A DNA stretch of 32,000 nucleotides from Horticoccus luteus. Lineage in GTDB: Bacteria > Verrucomicrobiota > Verrucomicrobiia > Opitutales > Opitutaceae. Each line of letters opens with the position of its first letter. Within the stretch, counting starts at the first letter, position 1. Location of the stretch: contig NZ_CP080507.1 in the NCBI RefSeq assembly GCF_019464535.1, positions 3,720,001 to 3,752,000 of the forward strand. The letters are read 5' to 3'. Below, piece after piece: positions 29,135 to 32,000 of this stretch. A model generated the notes under the pieces. The model did no database searches. It was not told the origin of the DNA and worked only from the letters and a program-made list of their open reading frames with translations. Made by a program: the position numbers and the translations under genes.

Positions 29135-31495
29135 ATGAAACGATCCGCCTCCGCCCCGTCGCCTGAAACGCTCATCTTCCGCGGCGCGTCCTGGCTCTGG
29201 CCCCACGATCTGCGTTGGGATCTCGTCAACGCCTACGCGCTTTTCCGTCGCGGTTTTCAACTCGACCGCGTGCCGCGGCGCGCACCGCTGTTCATCACCG
29301 CCGACCAATCCTACCAGCTCTTCGTCAACGGTGCTTTCGTCGCACGCGGCCCCGCGCGCGGCTTTCAAGCGCACTGGCCTTACGACGAAGTCGACCTCGC
29401 CCGCTGGCTCGTGCCGGGCCGCAACGTGATCGCAGTCCGCGCCTACAATCCCGGCGCGAGCAACTTCCAATACGTTTCCCAAGGCTACGCCGGGCTGCTC
29501 GTGGCCGCGCGTTGGGGCCGCCTCTCGCTCGCGAGCGACGCTTCGTGGCGCTGCCTCCCCGATCCCGGTCCACGCCGCGATACGATCCGCACCGCCATTC
29601 AGCTTTTCCCCCAGGAACACTTCGATGCGCGCCCCGGCCCGGTCGATTGGACGTCGACGGCCTTCGATGATCACGCGTGGCTGACGCCCGCCACGCAGCC
29701 CTTCGGTGTGCTGCCTTGGGCCTCTCTCGAACCGCGCGGCATTCCACTGTTGCGCGAAGTGGCGCAACGCCCCGGGCGCATCATCGGCCGCGCGGCCGGC
29801 GACTGCGGAATGGATTGGGCTACGACACGCAACGTCTACCTCCTGCGGCAAAACGAAGACCATCGGCACGCGCCAGCGACCGGCGACGCGGCCGAGTTTG
29901 ACGTTCCTGCGACGGGTCCCGGGCGTTTTCGCAGTGTCTTGATCGACCTCGGTCAGCCCGTCGTGGGCAACTTCTCCGTGGTCGTCGCCGGAGGGCGCGG
30001 CGGCGAGATCATCGATTTCATTTACACGGAAATCATCGACGCGGCGACCCTCGCGCCTGATTTGCGCTTTCCCGACGGCAGCCGCGTGACGCTGAGCGCC
30101 CGCCTCATCTGCCGCGCCGGACGCACCGCTCACTTTTTCTATCATCCGTTCGGGTTCCGGTTCGCGACGATCACCGTCCGCGAATCCGCGGCGCCGCTGC
30201 AGATCTCCCTCACGTTTCGCAGCACGCTTTACCCGCTGGAACGGCGCGGCGCGTTCCACAGCTCCGAGCCTGGGCTCGAACAAATCTGGGAAACCTGTGC
30301 GCGCTCCCAGCAGAACTGCATGCTCGATGCCTACGTCGATACGCCGTGGCGCGAGCAGGCCCAGTGGTGGGGCGACGCCCGCGTGCAGGCGTGGAACACC
30401 TTTCATCTCAGCGGCGACGCACGACTATTTCGGCGCGGAATTTTCCAGATCGGCGCGCAGACCACCGCCGACGGCGTGACCTACGGCCATGCACCGACGA
30501 TGGCGCACAACTGCGTGCTGCCCGACTTCACGCTCATCTGGATGCTCACGCAGTGGGACTACTACTGGCAGACCGGCGACCTGGAACCCTTTCGCGCCCA
30601 ACGAGCCACCGTGGCGCGCGCCCTCGCTTATTTCGAAGCCCACACCGGCCCCGACGGGCTCGTCACGCACGATCCGCGTTACTGGCTTTTTCTCGACTGG
30701 ACCGACCTGCCCAAAGACGGCGCGCCGACCGTCTACAACCTCTGGCTCGTGCTCGCCCTCGAACGTCTCGCCGCGATGCACCGGCTCACGCGCGAAGCGG
30801 CCGTGGCGGTTCGCTACGAACGCTGGGCGCGCCGCCTGCGTGCAACGTTGCGCACGCTCGTCGATGCGCGCGGCCTCCTGCGCGATGGTTTCGATGCCAA
30901 TCGCAAACGTCTCTCCAGCACCTCGCCCCACGCGCAAACCCTCGCGTTGCTGGCCAACCTCACCCCGCGCCACGCCGCGGCACAGGAACGATTTCTCCTC
31001 GCCTATCTCGCCGACGAATCGCCGCACCGCGCGCAGCCGAGCGCCTATTGGATCACTTACGTTTACACCGTGCTCGCCGCGCGCGGCCACGGACGCGCCG
31101 TGGTCGACCATCTGCATCCCCGCTGGGCGCCGATGATCGCCCACGGTTCGACGTTCGAACTGTTCCGCGATCACCCCGAATTCCCCATCAGCCATTCGCA
31201 CGCGTGGTCGGCGCATCCGCTCTTCCATCTCATGCAGACCATCGGCGGAGTTCGCCAGGCGTCCGTCGCGTGGAAAACCATCCGCTTCGCCCCGGTGTTC
31301 CTCGGCGCCTCCGGCGGCTGCACCGTGCCGACGCCCCGCGGCGAAATCGTTTCGTCCTGGCAGCGTCATGCCGATCACACTGAGGTCCGACTCAGTTTGC
31401 CCCGCGGGGTCACGGCCGAAATCGCGCTGCCCGGTTTGCCGCGCCGCCGCGTGACGGGCTCCCGGAGGTGGGCGCTCCCCGCCGACGTTGCGTAA
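29135..31495 (+). CDS. GH78-like (alpha-L-rhamnosidase-type) six-hairpin glycoside hydrolase, no signal peptide
   Basis: The N-terminal region LFITADQSYQLFVNGAFVARGP resembles the rhamnosidase N domain. DAYVDTPWREQAQWWGDARVQ resembles the D-x-P-x-R-E-x-x-x-W-x-GD motif of the GH78 catalytic (alpha/alpha)6 domain. I used the ATG at 29135. Confidence 0.65.
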   Translation: MKRSASAPSPETLIFRGASWLWPHDLRWDLVNAYALFRRGFQLDRVPRRAPLFITADQSYQLFVNGAFVARGPARGFQAHWPYDEVDLARWLVPGRNVIAVRAYNPGASNFQYVSQGYAGLLVAARWGRLSLASDASWRCLPDPGPRRDTIRTAIQLFPQEHFDARPGPVDWTSTAFDDHAWLTPATQPFGVLPWASLEPRGIPLLREVAQRPGRIIGRAAGDCGMDWATTRNVYLLRQNEDHRHAPATGDAAEFDVPATGPGRFRSVLIDLGQPVVGNFSVVVAGGRGGEIIDFIYTEIIDAATLAPDLRFPDGSRVTLSARLICRAGRTAHFFYHPFGFRFATITVRESAAPLQISLTFRSTLYPLERRGAFHSSEPGLEQIWETCARSQQNCMLDAYVDTPWREQAQWWGDARVQAWNTFHLSGDARLFRRGIFQIGAQTTADGVTYGHAPTMAHNCVLPDFTLIWMLTQWDYYWQTGDLEPFRAQRATVARALAYFEAHTGPDGLVTHDPRYWLFLDWTDLPKDGAPTVYNLWLVLALERLAAMHRLTREAAVAVRYERWARRLRATLRTLVDARGLLRDGFDANRKRLSSTSPHAQTLALLANLTPRHAAAQERFLLAYLADESPHRAQPSAYWITYVYTVLAARGHGRAVVDHLHPRWAPMIAHGSTFELFRDHPEFPISHSHAWSAHPLFHLMQTIGGVRQASVAWKTIRFAPVFLGASGGCTVPTPRGEIVSSWQRHADHTEVRLSLPRGVTAEIALPGLPRRRVTGSRRWALPADVA

Positions 31496-31523
31496 CGGCG
31501 CGCGCTCGCCCACGGTTCCTCCC

Positions 31524-32000
31524 ATGCCCAGCGCCGGACACTTTTGGGAACTGATTCTCGGCACCGTGGTGGCGTTGCTGCCGCTGATCAACCCGCTCGC
31601 CGCTGCGCCGACGTTTCTCGCCATCACCGAGGGCGACACCCTGGAGCGGCGTCTGCAGCAACTGCGGATGGCCTGCATCTACATGGTGGTCATCCTCGTT
31701 AGTTTTCTGATTGGCGGGACGTTCATCATGGGATTTTTCGGCATCTCGATCCCAGGACTGCGCATCGCCGGCGGCCTGCTCGTCGCCGGTATCGGTTCGG
31801 GCATGTTGATGCAAAATCCCCGGCAGCCCGTGCAGCACGAAACCGATCACGTGGAGGCGCGCGCGAAACGCGATGTGTCGTTCTCGCCTTTGGCCATGCC
31901 GATGTTGAGCGGCCCCGGCTCGATCGCGGTGACGCTCGGCTTCACCTCACTCGCCAGCGATTGGCTCGACTACACCGCCATCATTCTGGGCATTTTGGTC
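31524..32000 (+). CDS. MarC-family (UPF0056) integral membrane protein, 3'-truncated by the window edge
   Basis: This ORF is not in the track because no stop falls within the window. My translation gives MPSAGHFWELILGTVVALLPLINPLAAAPTFL...FFGISIPGLRIAGGLLVAGIG...SFSPLAMPMLSGPGSIAV. The FGISIPGLRIAGGL and PLAMP..GPG blocks match E. coli MarC. Confidence 0.8.
   Translation, partial: MPSAGHFWELILGTVVALLPLINPLAAAPTFLAITEGDTLERRLQQLRMACIYMVVILVSFLIGGTFIMGFFGISIPGLRIAGGLLVAGIGSGMLMQNPRQPVQHETDHVEARAKRDVSFSPLAMPMLSGPGSIAVTLGFTSLASDWLDYTAIILGILV

Noticed and set aside
27380-30406. Very long ORFs antisense to, or out of frame with, the called genes. Examples are 27380..30406 (1008 aa), 4603..6375, 6427..7941, 10395..11456, 11326..12954, 13342..14325, 15135..16109, 16719..17669, 18610..19638, 19813..21234, 24465..25523, 26281..27675 and 30425..31678.
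   Set aside because: Their products are Arg/Gly/Ala/Pro-rich and low in complexity, with no recognisable domains. They lie opposite or out of frame to genes with clear family signatures. Stop codons are rare in off-frames of high-GC DNA, so these are shadow ORFs.
1-32000. A search by eye for CRISPR arrays, tRNA or rRNA genes, riboswitch-like leaders, phage genes or recognisable defence genes.
   Set aside because: I saw no regularly spaced repeats, no tRNA cloverleaf or T-loop signatures in the intergenic regions, and no rRNA-like stretches. No nuclease, helicase or methylase genes were seen. The only mobile-element or conflict-type content is the IS91 remnant and the ParE TA pair.

Overview
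High-GC bacterial chromosomal window. Gene content and composition look PVC/Verrucomicrobia (Opitutaceae-like), but that is inference only. I support about 26 protein-coding genes plus one transposase remnant. I recognised no rRNA, tRNA or CRISPR array. Left edge (1-3.5 kb) is a small accessory patch: a 5'-truncated IS91-family transposase remnant, an intact ParE-type toxin/antitoxin pair, an overlapping DUF2945-DUF488 pair, and two tandem Hsp20 genes. Core (3.6-26.2 kb) is a polysaccharide-utilisation-type locus whose content points to sulfated, fucose-rich glycans. It holds two GH29 alpha-L-fucosidases, a TonB-dependent receptor, a FucP-type permease, four Cys-type sulfatases, an HGGG/GxSxG esterase, two large secreted right-handed beta-helix proteins of unassigned family, and a LacI-family regulator. 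Three of the sulfatases are exported. The fourth has no signal peptide and overlaps an SGLT-like Na+/solute symporter gene by 4 bp. Right edge is housekeeping-like: PatB/MalY C-S lyase, DCC thiol oxidoreductase, tRNA-dihydrouridine synthase, a cytoplasmic GH78-like hydrolase, and a MarC-family gene running off the window. The strongest observation is a 14-nt AT-rich motif, TTAANTGWTWNAST. By eye it occurs in full seven times. Every copy is intergenic, sits at the head of one of the seven transcription units of the sulfatase/fucosidase locus, and points toward the downstream gene. Two copies bracket the LacI gene. This looks like an undescribed locus-specific cis-regulatory code. Many long antisense ORFs in the track are GC-driven shadows and were rejected.
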